This document shows positions 1-10,102 of a DNA stretch of 64,000 nucleotides, piece by piece. The first letter of the stretch is position 1. Each line of letters begins with the position of its first letter. The DNA is taken from NCBI GenBank assembly GCA_965242515.1, contig OZ251448.1:56978-120977 (forward strand), written 5' to 3'. A program made the translations under genes and the position numbers. This DNA comes from Bdellovibrionales bacterium (GTDB lineage: Bacteria > Bdellovibrionota > Bdellovibrionia > Bdellovibrionales > UBA1609). The notes below the pieces were generated by a model, which saw only the letters and a program-made list of their open reading frames with translations, searched no databases and was not told the DNA's origin.

Positions 1-176
1 TAAGGTCTCCGCATGTTAATAAAAAATCCCGGGAGCAGTTTGAAATTCGTTGTTACAAGCGTTTGTTAGAAATCTCTGAATCCACACCTCAAACCATCAA
101 TCAGTTAATGAAGCTTGATTTACCAGCTGGTGTAGATGTTATCATCTTTACGGGTAGCCAAAATGACAAAAAATAA
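1..176 (+). CDS. rpsJ: 30S ribosomal protein S10, 3' part (5' truncated by window edge)
   Basis: Manual translation from nt 3: [24 protein letters not shown]...[10 protein letters not shown], stop TAA 174-176; upstream of rplC. Confidence 0.95.
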   Translation, partial: RSPHVNKKSREQFEIRCYKRLLEISESTPQTINQLMKLDLPAGVDVIIFTGSQNDKK

Positions 177-939
177 CCCCCAGCAACCTCAAAAAAATAC
201 CCCTTCTGTAAATACCAAGCAAAAAGTGGCAAAACCCGCTTTATCGGAAAAACCAGCAAGCTCTCCTCCTCTTAAGCCATTGAAGTTAGATAGTTTATAT
301 GCTTTTAAGTTAGGCATGTCGAGTTTGTATGATGACAAGGGTGTATTTACTCCGGTGACTTTTTTACAATTTCGCCCTTGGGTGGTATCGCAGGTAAAAA
401 CTTCTAAAAAAGATGGTTATGAGAGTCTACAATTAGCGTGCGAGGGGCAAAAAAACAATCGTTGCTCGCGTGCTATCATCAAGCATTTAGTACCTGCTGG
501 TTTTAAGGGTGGTGCCAAGTATATAAGGGAGATACGGCAAAATGTTTCATCGTTATCAGAAAAAGCCACTATTGGGCAGGTTTTATCTATAGAGTCGTTG
601 CAAAAAGGGGACATTGTTACTTTGAGTGCTGTTTCTAAGGGGCATGGTTTTGCAGGGGTTGTTAAGCGTTGGGGTTTTAAAGGGGGTCCTGCCTCTCATG
701 GGGCTAAAATGCATCGTCGCAGTGGGTCTGTGGGCAATCGTACGGAGCCAGGTCGTGTGATGCCGGGTAAAAAAATGGCAGGTCATTATGGTCACAAAAA
801 GGTTAGTATCCGTAATGTGAGGGTATGGGATGTGGTGCCGGAAAAAAACTTAGTTATTGTCAAAGGTGTTGTCCCGGGCAGTAGAAATTCGTTAGTTTAT
901 TTAAGAAAAACAGGGGAAAAACCAGCTCTTAAAAGTTAA
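163..939 (+). CDS. rplC: 50S ribosomal protein L3 with ~40 aa N-terminal extension
   Basis: [31 protein letters not shown] motifs; ATG at 163 preferred over 136. Confidence 0.96.
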   Translation: MTKNNPQQPQKNTPSVNTKQKVAKPALSEKPASSPPLKPLKLDSLYAFKLGMSSLYDDKGVFTPVTFLQFRPWVVSQVKTSKKDGYESLQLACEGQKNNRCSRAIIKHLVPAGFKGGAKYIREIRQNVSSLSEKATIGQVLSIESLQKGDIVTLSAVSKGHGFAGVVKRWGFKGGPASHGAKMHRRSGSVGNRTEPGRVMPGKKMAGHYGHKKVSIRNVRVWDVVPEKNLVIVKGVVPGSRNSLVYLRKTGEKPALKS

Positions 940-946
940 GAGGTTT

Positions 947-1624
947 ATGGGTGATATGAAAGCAAATATATTAAATTGGAACAAAGAAGTTTTGGGGAGT
1001 ATGGATTTACCTGTTAAGTTATTTGGCACACTACCCAGTAATAAGGGCGGTGTGTTATCAGAGGTTGTGCGTTGGCAGAGGGCAGCTAAGAGGGCTGGCA
1101 CTCACAAAGCTAAAACGCGAGGTGAGGTGCGTGGGGGTGGCAAAAAGCCTTTTCGTCAAAAGGGAACGGGTAATGCTCGTCAGGGTTCTATTAGGTCTCC
1201 TTTAAACGAAGCAGGGGGGGTGACTTTTGGTCCTCGTCCTAAAAGTTGGGCGTATTCTTTACCACATAAAGTAAGGGCGTTAGGGTTAAAGCAGGCTTTA
1301 TCTTATTTACATCACAAAGAGCATGTATTTATCGTAGAAGATATGCATTCTGTTGAGGGTAAAACGAAAGAGCTAAGCACGCGTTTAAAAAAAATGGGAA
1401 TCTCTAAGGCTTTACTGGTGGATACAAAAGGGGATGTATTGTTTAAAAGGGCCCTTCGTAATTTACCATTTTTTAAGTTTTTACCGGTTAAAGCGTTAAA
1501 TGTATATGATTTATTAAAGTATCATTGTTTAGTCATCAGCAAGCAAAGTATGGAGGAGTTAGTGTCTTCATTAAGTAGTGTATCTAACAACAAACAAACA
1601 GGCTTACAAAAAGAAAGAGGTTGA
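947..1624 (+). CDS. rplD: 50S ribosomal protein L4
   Basis: GTHKAKTRGEVRGGGKKPFRQKGTGNARQGSIRSP signature. Confidence 0.97.
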   Translation: MGDMKANILNWNKEVLGSMDLPVKLFGTLPSNKGGVLSEVVRWQRAAKRAGTHKAKTRGEVRGGGKKPFRQKGTGNARQGSIRSPLNEAGGVTFGPRPKSWAYSLPHKVRALGLKQALSYLHHKEHVFIVEDMHSVEGKTKELSTRLKKMGISKALLVDTKGDVLFKRALRNLPFFKFLPVKALNVYDLLKYHCLVISKQSMEELVSSLSSVSNNKQTGLQKERG

Positions 1625-1626
1625 TC

Positions 1627-1911
1627 ATGAGCAAAGTGATAAAAAAACCACTGTTGACGGAAAAAAACAACAACTTAGCTATTCAAAACACTTATGTTTT
1701 TGAGGTGGTGCGTTCAGCTAATAAAACGGATATTAAGGAACATATAGAGAGGTATTTTGATGTTAAAGTGCATTCTATCAGAACGGCAATATGCAGAAAC
1801 AGGGCAAAAAAAGGCAATCGTCGCACATCTTCTTCTAAGGTGAAATATTGGAAAAAAGCTATTGTTCGTCTTAAGAAGGGCGAAAAAATGAGTTTATTTG
1901 AGGGCAATTAA
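1627..1911 (+). CDS. rplW: 50S ribosomal protein L23
   Basis: KPLLTEK, FEV...ANKTDIK, WKKAIVRL; operon position. Confidence 0.95.
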   Translation: MSKVIKKPLLTEKNNNLAIQNTYVFEVVRSANKTDIKEHIERYFDVKVHSIRTAICRNRAKKGNRRTSSSKVKYWKKAIVRLKKGEKMSLFEGN

Positions 1912-1963
1912 ATGATAATAAGTATTATAACAAACACTCACATTATAGGTAAGGAAAGTTATT

Positions 1964-2800
1964 ATGGGTATTAAGGTATTTAAGCCATGTACTCCGGGCA
2001 GTCGCAAGAGATCGGTATCGGACTTTAAGGAGATTAGTAAAAATCATCCGGAGAAGTCTTTATTAAGGTCTTTGCATTCCGGGGGTGGGCGTAACAATCG
2101 TGGGCGTATAACGGTCAGGGCCCGGGGGGCAGGGTGTAAGCGTCGTTATCGTGTTATTGATTTTAAGAGATTGAAGACAGACATTATGGCAAAAGTAGAG
2201 GCTATTGAGTATGATCCTAATCGTACTTGTCGCATTGCTTTATTGCATTATAAGGATGGGGTAAAATCCTATATTTTAGCACCAAATGATTTAAAGTTAG
2301 GTCAAGAGGTGTTATCGGCAAGGACGGCAGATATTAAGCCGGGCAATAATCTACCTTTGGGGTGTATTCCTACTGGGACGGTTATTCATAATATTGAACT
2401 CTATCCGGGAAAGGGAGGGCAGATGGTGCGTAGTGCAGGTTCAGGTGCTGTTTTGGTGGCTAAGGAGAAGAAGTACTGTCAGGTAAAAATGCCTTCTGGG
2501 GAGGTGCGTCGAATGTTATCTGTTTGCAGGGCATCTATTGGGCAATTAGGCAATACGGATAATGAAAATATTCGTTGGGGCAAGGCTGGTCGCACTCGTT
2601 GGAAGGGGTATCGCCCTAAGGTGCGTGGTATGGCTATGAACCCCATTGACCACCCTATGGGTGGTGGCGAAGGTGTGGGTAAAGGTAATCACCCTATGAC
2701 TCCGTGGGGCAAATCCTGTAAAGGCTATCGCACTCGAGGCAACAAACGCACAGGGAAAATGATTATTCGCAGACGCTATGACAAAGGAGCTAGTACTTGA
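1964..2800 (+). CDS. rplB: 50S ribosomal protein L2
   Basis: [37 protein letters not shown]. Confidence 0.98.
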   Translation: MGIKVFKPCTPGSRKRSVSDFKEISKNHPEKSLLRSLHSGGGRNNRGRITVRARGAGCKRRYRVIDFKRLKTDIMAKVEAIEYDPNRTCRIALLHYKDGVKSYILAPNDLKLGQEVLSARTADIKPGNNLPLGCIPTGTVIHNIELYPGKGGQMVRSAGSGAVLVAKEKKYCQVKMPSGEVRRMLSVCRASIGQLGNTDNENIRWGKAGRTRWKGYRPKVRGMAMNPIDHPMGGGEGVGKGNHPMTPWGKSCKGYRTRGNKRTGKMIIRRRYDKGAST

Positions 2801-2845
2801 TTTTTTTAATTAAACAGTATAAAAAGGCAATAATAAATGCTTTAC

Positions 2846-2956
2846 GGGGAAAAACCTCACTCCAGATCTCGGACATGCGTTTTGCTACAAAGCGTAAGCC
2901 TTTGGGCTTTCCGCATTGTATCAAATCCGAACTCGTTTTGAGCATGGTTTTTCTCC
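2846..2956 (+). repeat. Family B rod-hairpin repeat, copy 1 (between rplB and rpsS)
   Basis: ggggaaaaacc...ggtttttctcc arms, core caaatccgaactcgttttga at 2922-2941. Confidence 0.9.
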
Positions 2957-3024
2957 TCTTAATAGGGTGTAATTATTTTTTTAACAATAAAAGTAACAAG
3001 AAAGGTAATAAATAAAAAGGAATT

Positions 3025-3312
3025 ATGGGGCGATCGGTAAAAAAAGGACCGTTTATAGACTATCACTTGATGGAGAAGATTGAGCGGGCTAAAAAAACGG
3101 GTGATAAGAAGGTGATTAAGACTTGGTCTAGGAGGTCGGTCATCATACCAGCGGCGGTGGGTTTAACTTTTGCTGTTCATAATGGCAAAAAATTTATTCC
3201 TGTTTTTGTGTCGGAAAGTATGATAGGACATAAATTAGGTGAGTTTGCTCCTACGAGGGTTTTTAGTAGCCATGCTAAGGGCAAAAAAACCACCCCGGTA
3301 AAGAAAAAATAA
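3025..3312 (+). CDS. rpsS: 30S ribosomal protein S19
   Basis: [28 protein letters not shown]. Confidence 0.98.
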   Translation: MGRSVKKGPFIDYHLMEKIERAKKTGDKKVIKTWSRRSVIIPAAVGLTFAVHNGKKFIPVFVSESMIGHKLGEFAPTRVFSSHAKGKKTTPVKKK

Positions 3313-3326
3313 AAGGGTAACAAATT

Positions 3327-3656
3327 ATGGAATTAAAAGCATCGTTAAAATATGCAAGAATAGGTGTTCAGCGTACTCGCATCGTAGCTGATAGTGTAAG
3401 GGGCAGTGATATTAATAGAGCTATTAATGTGCTGGCTTTTTCAAAAAAGAAATCAGCTAGTTTAATTTACAAGCTTATTCAGTCTGCTGTAGCGGGGGCT
3501 ACTAAGAAGGCGATGAATGTGGACAAGTTGTATGTTCAGTCGATTTATGTTAATCAGGCAGCACATTTAAAGCGTTTTCGTGCAGGGTCTAGGGGGCATC
3601 CGTCTCATAGAAATAAAAAGCAAAGTCACATTCATGTGGTTTTGAGGGAAAGGTAA
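3327..3656 (+). CDS. rplV: 50S ribosomal protein L22
   Basis: Size, position, KLIQSAVA and SHIHVVL motifs. Confidence 0.93.
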   Translation: MELKASLKYARIGVQRTRIVADSVRGSDINRAINVLAFSKKKSASLIYKLIQSAVAGATKKAMNVDKLYVQSIYVNQAAHLKRFRAGSRGHPSHRNKKQSHIHVVLRER

Positions 3657-3668
3657 AAGGGAATTATT

Positions 3669-4346
3669 ATGGGTCAGAAGGTTAGTCCAATTGGTTTAAG
3701 GGTAGGCGTTATTCGTAACTGGAATTCGCGTTGGTATGCTGACAAGAAAAAATTTGCAAGCCATATTCATGAGGATTACTGTTTGCGTCGTTATATCAAG
3801 CAAAAGCTTAAAAACTCTGGTGTGTCAAAGGTTGAGATTGAGCGAAAAGGTGAGCAAATTAAATTAGTTATTTTTACAGCTCGTCCGGGGGTGGTTATTG
3901 GCAAAAAAGGTGTAGGCATTGATTCTTTAGAAGCGGATATTCAAAAACGAACTAAAAATAAACTATCAGTCAGCATTCAGGAGGTAAGAAAGCCTGATTT
4001 AGACAGCCAATTAGTAGCAGAAAATATTGCTTTGCAATTACAAAAGAGAGTTTCTTGGAGAAGGGCTTTAAAAAAAGCTATTGCGTCAGCTGTTAGGCAA
4101 GGTGTAAGGGGGGTTAAGATTCGTGTATCAGGCAGGTTAGATGGTGCGGACATTGCTCGTTCAGAGTGGTATAATGAAAAAAGCATTCCACTGCACACTT
4201 TAAGGGCCAACATTGACTATGGTTTTGCAGAAGCTATCACGACTTACGGGCTGATAGGGGTTAAGGTATGGATGTATTATGGGGATGTGTACTCTAAGAG
4301 AGAAGTGTCTTCTATAGGGGTAGGAGGTAGTGGTAGTTATGCTTAG
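3669..4346 (+). CDS. rpsC: 30S ribosomal protein S3
   Basis: [36 protein letters not shown]. Confidence 0.98.
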   Translation: MGQKVSPIGLRVGVIRNWNSRWYADKKKFASHIHEDYCLRRYIKQKLKNSGVSKVEIERKGEQIKLVIFTARPGVVIGKKGVGIDSLEADIQKRTKNKLSVSIQEVRKPDLDSQLVAENIALQLQKRVSWRRALKKAIASAVRQGVRGVKIRVSGRLDGADIARSEWYNEKSIPLHTLRANIDYGFAEAITTYGLIGVKVWMYYGDVYSKREVSSIGVGGSGSYA

Positions 4347-4746
4347 TCCGAAAAAAGTCAAGTGGCGAAAAGTTCATAGAGGGCGTTTAAGAGGTTATGC
4401 TAAAAGGGGTTCTATGTTATCTTTTGGGGATTTTGGTTTAATGAGTATGACAGCGGGGCGTCTGACAGACCGTCAAATTGAAGCCAGTCGGATTGCTATT
4501 TCTCGTTCTATTAAGAGGGGTGGTAAGGTATGGATTAGGGTTTTTCCGGACAATCCTATTTCTAAAAAACCTATTGGTGTGCGGATGGGTTCTGGCAAAG
4601 GGGCTTTAGAGTTTTGGATTGCTAAAATCAAGCCGGGTCGTATTTTATTTGAGTTAGAAGGAGTGAGTGCAGACCTTGCTCGTAAAGCTTTTCGTTTAGC
4701 TAGTTATAAATTACCTTTTAAAACAAAATTTTTATCTAGAGTATAA
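4339..4746 (+). CDS. rplP: 50S ribosomal protein L16
   Basis: [27 protein letters not shown]. Confidence 0.97.
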   Translation: MLSPKKVKWRKVHRGRLRGYAKRGSMLSFGDFGLMSMTAGRLTDRQIEASRIAISRSIKRGGKVWIRVFPDNPISKKPIGVRMGSGKGALEFWIAKIKPGRILFELEGVSADLARKAFRLASYKLPFKTKFLSRV

Positions 4747-4762
4747 CAAGGTGTTATGATTT

Positions 4763-5500
4763 ATGAAATATGAAGCAATAAAATATAAAGAAATAAAAAA
4801 CTTAGAGGTATCAGAGTTGCAAAAGCGTTTAGTGCAGGTGCGTCAGGGTTTGTTTCAAAAAAAAGCACAAAACAAGATTAAAAAATTAGCTCATCCTGTG
4901 CAGTTAAGGTATATGAGGCGAGACATTGCTCGTTTAAGTATGGCTTTAGCTTTAAAAAAAGCACATACCCCAGCTCTCGCATCTTCTGGTTCTTCTGTAT
5001 CGTCTCATAGTGAGGCTCTAAAGCCCATTGCAAAGCACAGTCAAAACCAGCAGATTAAAAACCAGCAGAATAAAAATAAGCACAGTAAAAAACAGCAGAT
5101 TAAAAAACAAACTCAAAAAGTAGCTTACAAAAAACGAGCTCACCAAAAGCTACAAACTAGTGATGATATTTCTCATACCTCTTCTAGTCAGGTTCAAAAA
5201 ATAAGCAAATTAAAAAGTCAGAATAAAACAAGTAAAGCAAGTAAAGTAGGTAAAGCACGAAGTAAAGCAGACTCTTTTGTCAAAGGTAGTCAAACATCTG
5301 CTCCTGATGCAAAACAAAAAAGCTCTACGAAGGGTAAGGAGGTGTTAGTTCAAACAAAAAGTAGCAGAATATGGGGTTGGCTACGGGGTCGTAAAAAACT
5401 AAAACCTGCTTCTTTAACTACAGACAAACTCACCACTAATGAATTAACAGACGAATTAACTGATGAATCAACTACAGAAAAACTAAATAAACAGGGGTAA
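4763..5500 (+). CDS. rpmC: 50S ribosomal protein L29 with ~180 aa C-terminal extension
   Basis: First ~65 aa L29-like (EIKNL...ELQKRL...LRYMRRDIARL); lies between rplP and rpsQ. Confidence 0.88.
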   Translation: MKYEAIKYKEIKNLEVSELQKRLVQVRQGLFQKKAQNKIKKLAHPVQLRYMRRDIARLSMALALKKAHTPALASSGSSVSSHSEALKPIAKHSQNQQIKNQQNKNKHSKKQQIKKQTQKVAYKKRAHQKLQTSDDISHTSSSQVQKISKLKSQNKTSKASKVGKARSKADSFVKGSQTSAPDAKQKSSTKGKEVLVQTKSSRIWGWLRGRKKLKPASLTTDKLTTNELTDELTDESTTEKLNKQG

Positions 5501-5504
5501 GAAA

Positions 5505-5930
5505 ATGAACGCAAATGAAAACACAAAAGTCATCAGTGATATAAAAACCAATAGTAAGAAGGTGGGAGTATCTTTAAGTGGTGGGGTTTCTACGCGTGGG
5601 TCTTTATCTCGCGGGAGGATGAACATTGTCAAAGGTCGTGTTATTTCTAACAAAGCACACAAAACCATTTCTGTTTTAATTTATTATTTAATGAAGCATC
5701 CGAAATACAAGAAGTATATTCGCAAAAAATCTGTTTTTAAAGCTCACGATGAAAAGGGCAAAGCCAAGTTAGGTGATATTGTTTCTATTTACGAAACGCG
5801 CCCTTTAAGTAAGACTAAGAGGTGGAAGTTATTTAAAATTGTAGAGAGTGTCAAAAAAAGTGATACCTCGGTAATAAAGAAGGATATAGCTTTGGAAAAA
5901 CCACCAGCCACAACGGATGTCAGGGGTTAA
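5505..5930 (+). CDS. rpsQ: 30S ribosomal protein S17 (N- and C-terminally extended)
   Basis: GRVISNKAHKTI, HPKYKKYI, KAHDE, ETRPLSKTKRW. Confidence 0.95.
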   Translation: MNANENTKVISDIKTNSKKVGVSLSGGVSTRGSLSRGRMNIVKGRVISNKAHKTISVLIYYLMKHPKYKKYIRKKSVFKAHDEKGKAKLGDIVSIYETRPLSKTKRWKLFKIVESVKKSDTSVIKKDIALEKPPATTDVRG

Positions 5931-6305
5931 GTGAAGATGATTCAGATGCAATCTCGTCTCAATGTGGCTGACAACTCTGGTGCTAGGCAAGTGCAGTGTA
6001 TTAAGGTATTAGGTGGCTCGCGGAGGGGTTACGCGGGCATTGGTGATATTATTGTGGTTTCTGTGAAGCAAGCTTTACCTCGTTCTAAGGTCAAAAAGGG
6101 CGACAAAGCTCGTGCAGTTATTGTGCGTACTGTGCATAAGATACAACGCACCGATGGCACTTCTATTCGTTTTGACGAAAACTCTGCTGTGTTAATCAAC
6201 AACAACAAAGAGCCTGTAGGTACTAGGATTTTTGGTCCTGTAGCCAGAGAGTTAAGGTCTAAGAATTTTATTAAAATTATTTCCATGGCACCGGAGGTAT
6301 TATAG
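5931..6305 (+). CDS. rplN: 50S ribosomal protein L14
   Basis: [34 protein letters not shown]; start may be ATG 5937. Confidence 0.98.
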   Translation: MKMIQMQSRLNVADNSGARQVQCIKVLGGSRRGYAGIGDIIVVSVKQALPRSKVKKGDKARAVIVRTVHKIQRTDGTSIRFDENSAVLINNNKEPVGTRIFGPVARELRSKNFIKIISMAPEVL

Positions 6306-6845
6306 ATGAATGCTTTGCAACAACATTACAACAAAAATCGTGTTGTTTTAAAAAAGGAGTTATCGCTTAAAAACATTATGGAAGTGCCATGTGTAAAAAA
6401 AGTCGTGTTAAGCATGTGTGTATCGCAAATGATAAAAAACCCTAAGATAGCTAAGTTTGTGGTGCAGGATTTATCTTTAATATCGGGTCAGAAGGCGATA
6501 GTGACAAAGGCTAAAAAGGCTGTGTCTAATTTTAAGATTAAAAAAGGAGTGCCTTTAGGAGCTTGTGTGACTTTACGCAGAGAGAAGATGTGGGTGTTTT
6601 TACAAAGGCTTATTCATTTTTCTCTTCCGAGGGTGAGGGATTTTAGGGGGCTTTCGCCAAAGAGCTTTGACGGGCATGGTAATTACAATATGGGTATTAA
6701 AGAGCAAATTATTTTCCCAGAAATTGATTATGACAAAGTAGATACCATTAGAGGGCTCAACATCTCTATTTGCACAAAGGCTAAAAACAATCAGCATGCT
6801 TTAGCTTTATTAAAAGTTTTAGGCATGCCTTTTAGAACACAGTAA
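6306..6845 (+). CDS. rplE: 50S ribosomal protein L5
   Basis: LPRVRDFRGL, FDGHGNY, EQIIFPEIDYD, GMPF. Confidence 0.97.
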   Translation: MNALQQHYNKNRVVLKKELSLKNIMEVPCVKKVVLSMCVSQMIKNPKIAKFVVQDLSLISGQKAIVTKAKKAVSNFKIKKGVPLGACVTLRREKMWVFLQRLIHFSLPRVRDFRGLSPKSFDGHGNYNMGIKEQIIFPEIDYDKVDTIRGLNISICTKAKNNQHALALLKVLGMPFRTQ

Positions 6846-6951
6846 AAAAAAAGAGCTAAAAAAGTAATGAAAGAAGTGATAAACAAAATGATAAAAAAGA
6901 TGATAAATAAAAAACTTAAGCTTATTTTTTTAATGAAAGGTAAAAAATTTT

Positions 6952-7341
6952 ATGGACACAATTAGTCAATTTTGCACGAGGATTCGAAACGCTGTGCGGG
7001 TCAAGCACAAGAAGGTAGACATACCCAGCTCTCGCATTCAAGAAAGTATCGCAAGGCAGTTAAAGTCAGGCGGGTACATTCGGGATTACAGGGTAGTGGA
7101 CGATGGTCGGCAAGGCATTATCAGAATTTATTTAAAATACAAAGTCAAAGGCGAATCTGTGATTACACAAATTGAAAGGCTTAGCAAGCCTTCTTGCAGA
7201 AGTTATGTTAGGGCTACTAAGATTCCTGATGTGTTATCAGGTAGGGGGCTTTTGATTTTAAGCACTAATCAAGGTGTGTTAAGTGGTAAAGAGGCAAAAA
7301 AACGAAACTGTGGTGGGGAGTTATTATGTCGCGTATGGTAA
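6952..7341 (+). CDS. rpsH: 30S ribosomal protein S8
   Basis: TRIRNA, SKPSCRSY, ILSTNQG, GGELLCRVW. Confidence 0.96.
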   Translation: MDTISQFCTRIRNAVRVKHKKVDIPSSRIQESIARQLKSGGYIRDYRVVDDGRQGIIRIYLKYKVKGESVITQIERLSKPSCRSYVRATKIPDVLSGRGLLILSTNQGVLSGKEAKKRNCGGELLCRVW

Positions 7342-7374
7342 AACTCCTATTGAGGCAATTACAAGCTACTTTTC

Positions 7375-7484
7375 GGGGAAAAACCATGCTCAAAAGCTTA
7401 GGACTCCGCGTTTTGCTACAAAGCGTAAGCTTTCAGCTTCCGCATTGTATCAAATCCGAACTCGTTTTGAATTGGTTTTTCCCC
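7375..7484 (+). repeat. Family B rod-hairpin repeat, copy 2
   Basis: ggggaaaaacca...tggtttttcccc arms; invariant core at 7451-7470. Confidence 0.92.
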
Positions 7485-7513
7485 TCTAAAGAGTGTAATT
7501 ATTTTTTGTCGTT

Positions 7514-7661
7514 GTTGTCATTCCTGCATCCGTTGTCATTCCTGCATCCGTTGTCATTCCTGCATCCGTTGTCATTCCTGCGAAGGCAGGAATCTCGCTT
7601 CACACTATATTCCCGTTTTCACGGGAATGACAGAGTATGGTCATTCCTGCGGAGGCAGGGA
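7514..7661 (+). repeat. Family A palindrome cluster with three 18-nt half-site units
   Basis: gtcattcctgc at 7517, 7535, 7553; full palindrome 7571-7594; inverted copy 7609-7631; further copy at 7640. Confidence 0.92.
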
Positions 7662-7678
7662 GGGAAGGGGTTACTATT

Positions 7679-8227
7679 ATGTCGCGGATAGGTAAGCTAC
7701 CAGTACCTATTACAGAAGGTGTGCAGGTACAAGTGAACACTCATAACGAGGTGCAAGTAAGTTCTAAAAACGGTGTATTAAAAATCCCCGTACAACCAGT
7801 TATTAGTGTGGCAGTTAAAGACGGGCAGGTGGTACTGACACGAGCTAACAATGAGCCACAAACGCGGGCTTGGCATGGCTTGTATCGTGTGCTTATTCGC
7901 AATGCTGTGGTAGGGGTATCTTCTGGCTGGAGTAAAACTTTAGTGATGAAAGGTGTAGGTTACAAAGCACAGGTAAAAGGTGATTTATTAGAGCTTAGTT
8001 TAGGTTATTCTCATCCTATTAAAATGACCATCCCTCAAGGTTTGAGTGTTAAGGTAGCCAAAACCAACATTACAGTATCAGGTGCTGACAGAGCCTTAGT
8101 GGGTGAGTTTTGTGCAAAAGTGCGTAAATTCAGAGAGCCTGAGCCTTATTTAGGTAAGGGTATTCGTTACATTGACGAAGTTATTCGTCGTAAAGCTGGC
8201 AAATCAGGAGGTGAAAAATCAAAATGA
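7679..8227 (+). CDS. rplF: 50S ribosomal protein L6
   Basis: MSRIGKLPV start at ATG 7679; LGYSHP, PEPYLGKGIRY. Confidence 0.97.
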   Translation: MSRIGKLPVPITEGVQVQVNTHNEVQVSSKNGVLKIPVQPVISVAVKDGQVVLTRANNEPQTRAWHGLYRVLIRNAVVGVSSGWSKTLVMKGVGYKAQVKGDLLELSLGYSHPIKMTIPQGLSVKVAKTNITVSGADRALVGEFCAKVRKFREPEPYLGKGIRYIDEVIRRKAGKSGGEKSK

Positions 8228-8601
8228 TCCGTCTGCGAATAACTAAAAAAACACCTTTAAAAGTAAGAAAACGGCTTAGGAACAAAGCCCGGTTAAGAAA
8301 AAAGCTCATGGGTACCAAAGAGCGACCACGGCTAGTGGTGTTTCGTTCTCAAAAACACATTTACGCTCAAATAGTGGATGATATATCTAGGGCAGTTATG
8401 GCAAGTGCCAATACTGTGTCTAAAAAGCAAAAGATAGAGGGCAAAAAATGCGAACAAGCTAAAGTGATAGGGCAAAAAATTGCAGAAATAGCACTTAAAA
8501 ATCATATTAAAAAAGTAGTGTTTGACCGTAATGGTTTTATCTATCATGGTAGGGTGAAGGCTTTGGCACAAGGTGCACGTGCTGGCGGACTAGTTTTTTA
8601 A
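8224..8601 (+). CDS. rplR: 50S ribosomal protein L18
   Basis: RPRLVVFRS, VVFDRNGFIYHGRVKALA. Confidence 0.97.
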   Translation: MIRLRITKKTPLKVRKRLRNKARLRKKLMGTKERPRLVVFRSQKHIYAQIVDDISRAVMASANTVSKKQKIEGKKCEQAKVIGQKIAEIALKNHIKKVVFDRNGFIYHGRVKALAQGARAGGLVF

Positions 8602-8713
8602 TAATAAAAAGTGATAAAAAAGGCTAAAAAAGTGATAAACAAACAAACAAAAAATGATATTAACTGGAGATGAATATGGAGATGCAAAAGGAGATGAAAA
8701 TGGGGGTTAGAAA

Positions 8714-9346
8714 ATGGCTGATGTCGTAGTAGATAACACCACATCGGATCAAGAATTTATAGAGCGAGTTGTTGCCATCAATCGGGTCACCAAAGTGGTA
8801 AAAGGTGGAAGGCGATTTTCATTTTCTGCTCTAGTGGTAGCAGGTGATGGTAAAGGTCGTGTGGGCATTGGCACTGGCAAGGCTAATGAGGTGCCAGAGT
8901 CTATTAGCAAGGCCACTCGTATTGCCAAAAAATCTTTTATGCAAGTGCCTTTAAAAGAGGATCGCACCATTGCCCATGATATTGTTGGCAAATTTGGGGC
9001 ATCTCTCGTGGTATTAAAACCTGCATCTGGTGGAACAGGGGTTATTGCAGGTGGACCTGTCAGAGCTGTTTTAGAGTGTGTAGGGGTAAAAGATATTTTA
9101 ACAAAACGTTTAGGTAGCAGAAACCCTCACAATGTTGTGCATGCTTGTTTAAACGGTTTATCGCAGTTAATTTCATTAGGTGGTGCAGATAACAAAACCA
9201 CCTCTGCTGATAATAAAAGATTAAATAACAACACCAACAATAATAATAATGACAATAAAGTTCAAAGTCAAACAGAAAGTCAGAAGGAAAGTCAAATAGA
9301 AAGTCAAAAGGAAAGTCAGAAGGAAAGTCAAGATGCAACAAAGTAA
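8714..9346 (+). CDS. rpsE: 30S ribosomal protein S5 with low-complexity C-terminal tail
   Basis: [30 protein letters not shown]. Confidence 0.97.
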   Translation: MADVVVDNTTSDQEFIERVVAINRVTKVVKGGRRFSFSALVVAGDGKGRVGIGTGKANEVPESISKATRIAKKSFMQVPLKEDRTIAHDIVGKFGASLVVLKPASGGTGVIAGGPVRAVLECVGVKDILTKRLGSRNPHNVVHACLNGLSQLISLGGADNKTTSADNKRLNNNTNNNNNDNKVQSQTESQKESQIESQKESQKESQDATK

Positions 9347-9539
9347 TAAAAAAATCACAGTGACTTTACGGCGAAGTGTTATTGGAACATCTGCAAGTCA
9401 GAAGGGTGCGGTATATAGTTTAGGGTTAAAAAAAGTAGGGCAAGTAAAAAAGTTAGAGCTTACCCCAGTCATAAGGGGGCAGTTAAACAAGGTAGGGCAT
9501 TTGGTATCCGTAGAAGAGGTAAAGGTGGAAGGGATATGA
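9333..9539 (+). CDS. rpmD: 50S ribosomal protein L30
   Basis: [28 protein letters not shown]; position. Confidence 0.92.
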   Translation: MQQSNKKITVTLRRSVIGTSASQKGAVYSLGLKKVGQVKKLELTPVIRGQLNKVGHLVSVEEVKVEGI

Positions 9540-10102
9540 GTAGCACATCAAATCAATTATCAAAATCAAGTAAGCTCCAAAACAAACCTCCTGGTGGGCA
9601 TATATGGTACTCATTAGGGCAGTTGCCAAAGGCAGGTAAGTCGCATAAGAGGAAAAGGCTTGGTAGGGGTAGGTCTAGTGGTTGTGGAGGCACTTCTACC
9701 AAAGGGCATAAGGGTCAGAAGGCACGTTCTGGGTGTCGTATTCCGCACGGGTTTGAAGGAGGGCAGATGTCTTTAGCTCGTCGTTTGCCAAAATTTGGTT
9801 TTACTAACAAAAGGTTTAAATGTGTGTATGATATTGTCAGTACTAAACAGCTTAATGATTTATATGCATCTTTATCTGATAAAAATAACGAGTTAAATAA
9901 AGAAGCTGGTAAAAAAATAGTCATCAATAAGGATGTGCTTTATCGCAAAGGCTATGTCAGTAAGAAGGCTTTAGTCAAAGTATTAGGGAAGGATGCGGTT
10001 AAAGGTGCTTTTCGTGTGGAGGTGCAAAAATTTAGTCATTCTGCTCGTCTGGCTATTGAAAAAGCCGGAGGTGTGGCTATGGAGGTTAAGAACTTAAAAT
10101 GA
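9536..10102 (+). CDS. rplO: 50S ribosomal protein L15
   Basis: [38 protein letters not shown]. Confidence 0.96.
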   Translation: MSSTSNQLSKSSKLQNKPPGGHIWYSLGQLPKAGKSHKRKRLGRGRSSGCGGTSTKGHKGQKARSGCRIPHGFEGGQMSLARRLPKFGFTNKRFKCVYDIVSTKQLNDLYASLSDKNNELNKEAGKKIVINKDVLYRKGYVSKKALVKVLGKDAVKGAFRVEVQKFSHSARLAIEKAGGVAMEVKNLK

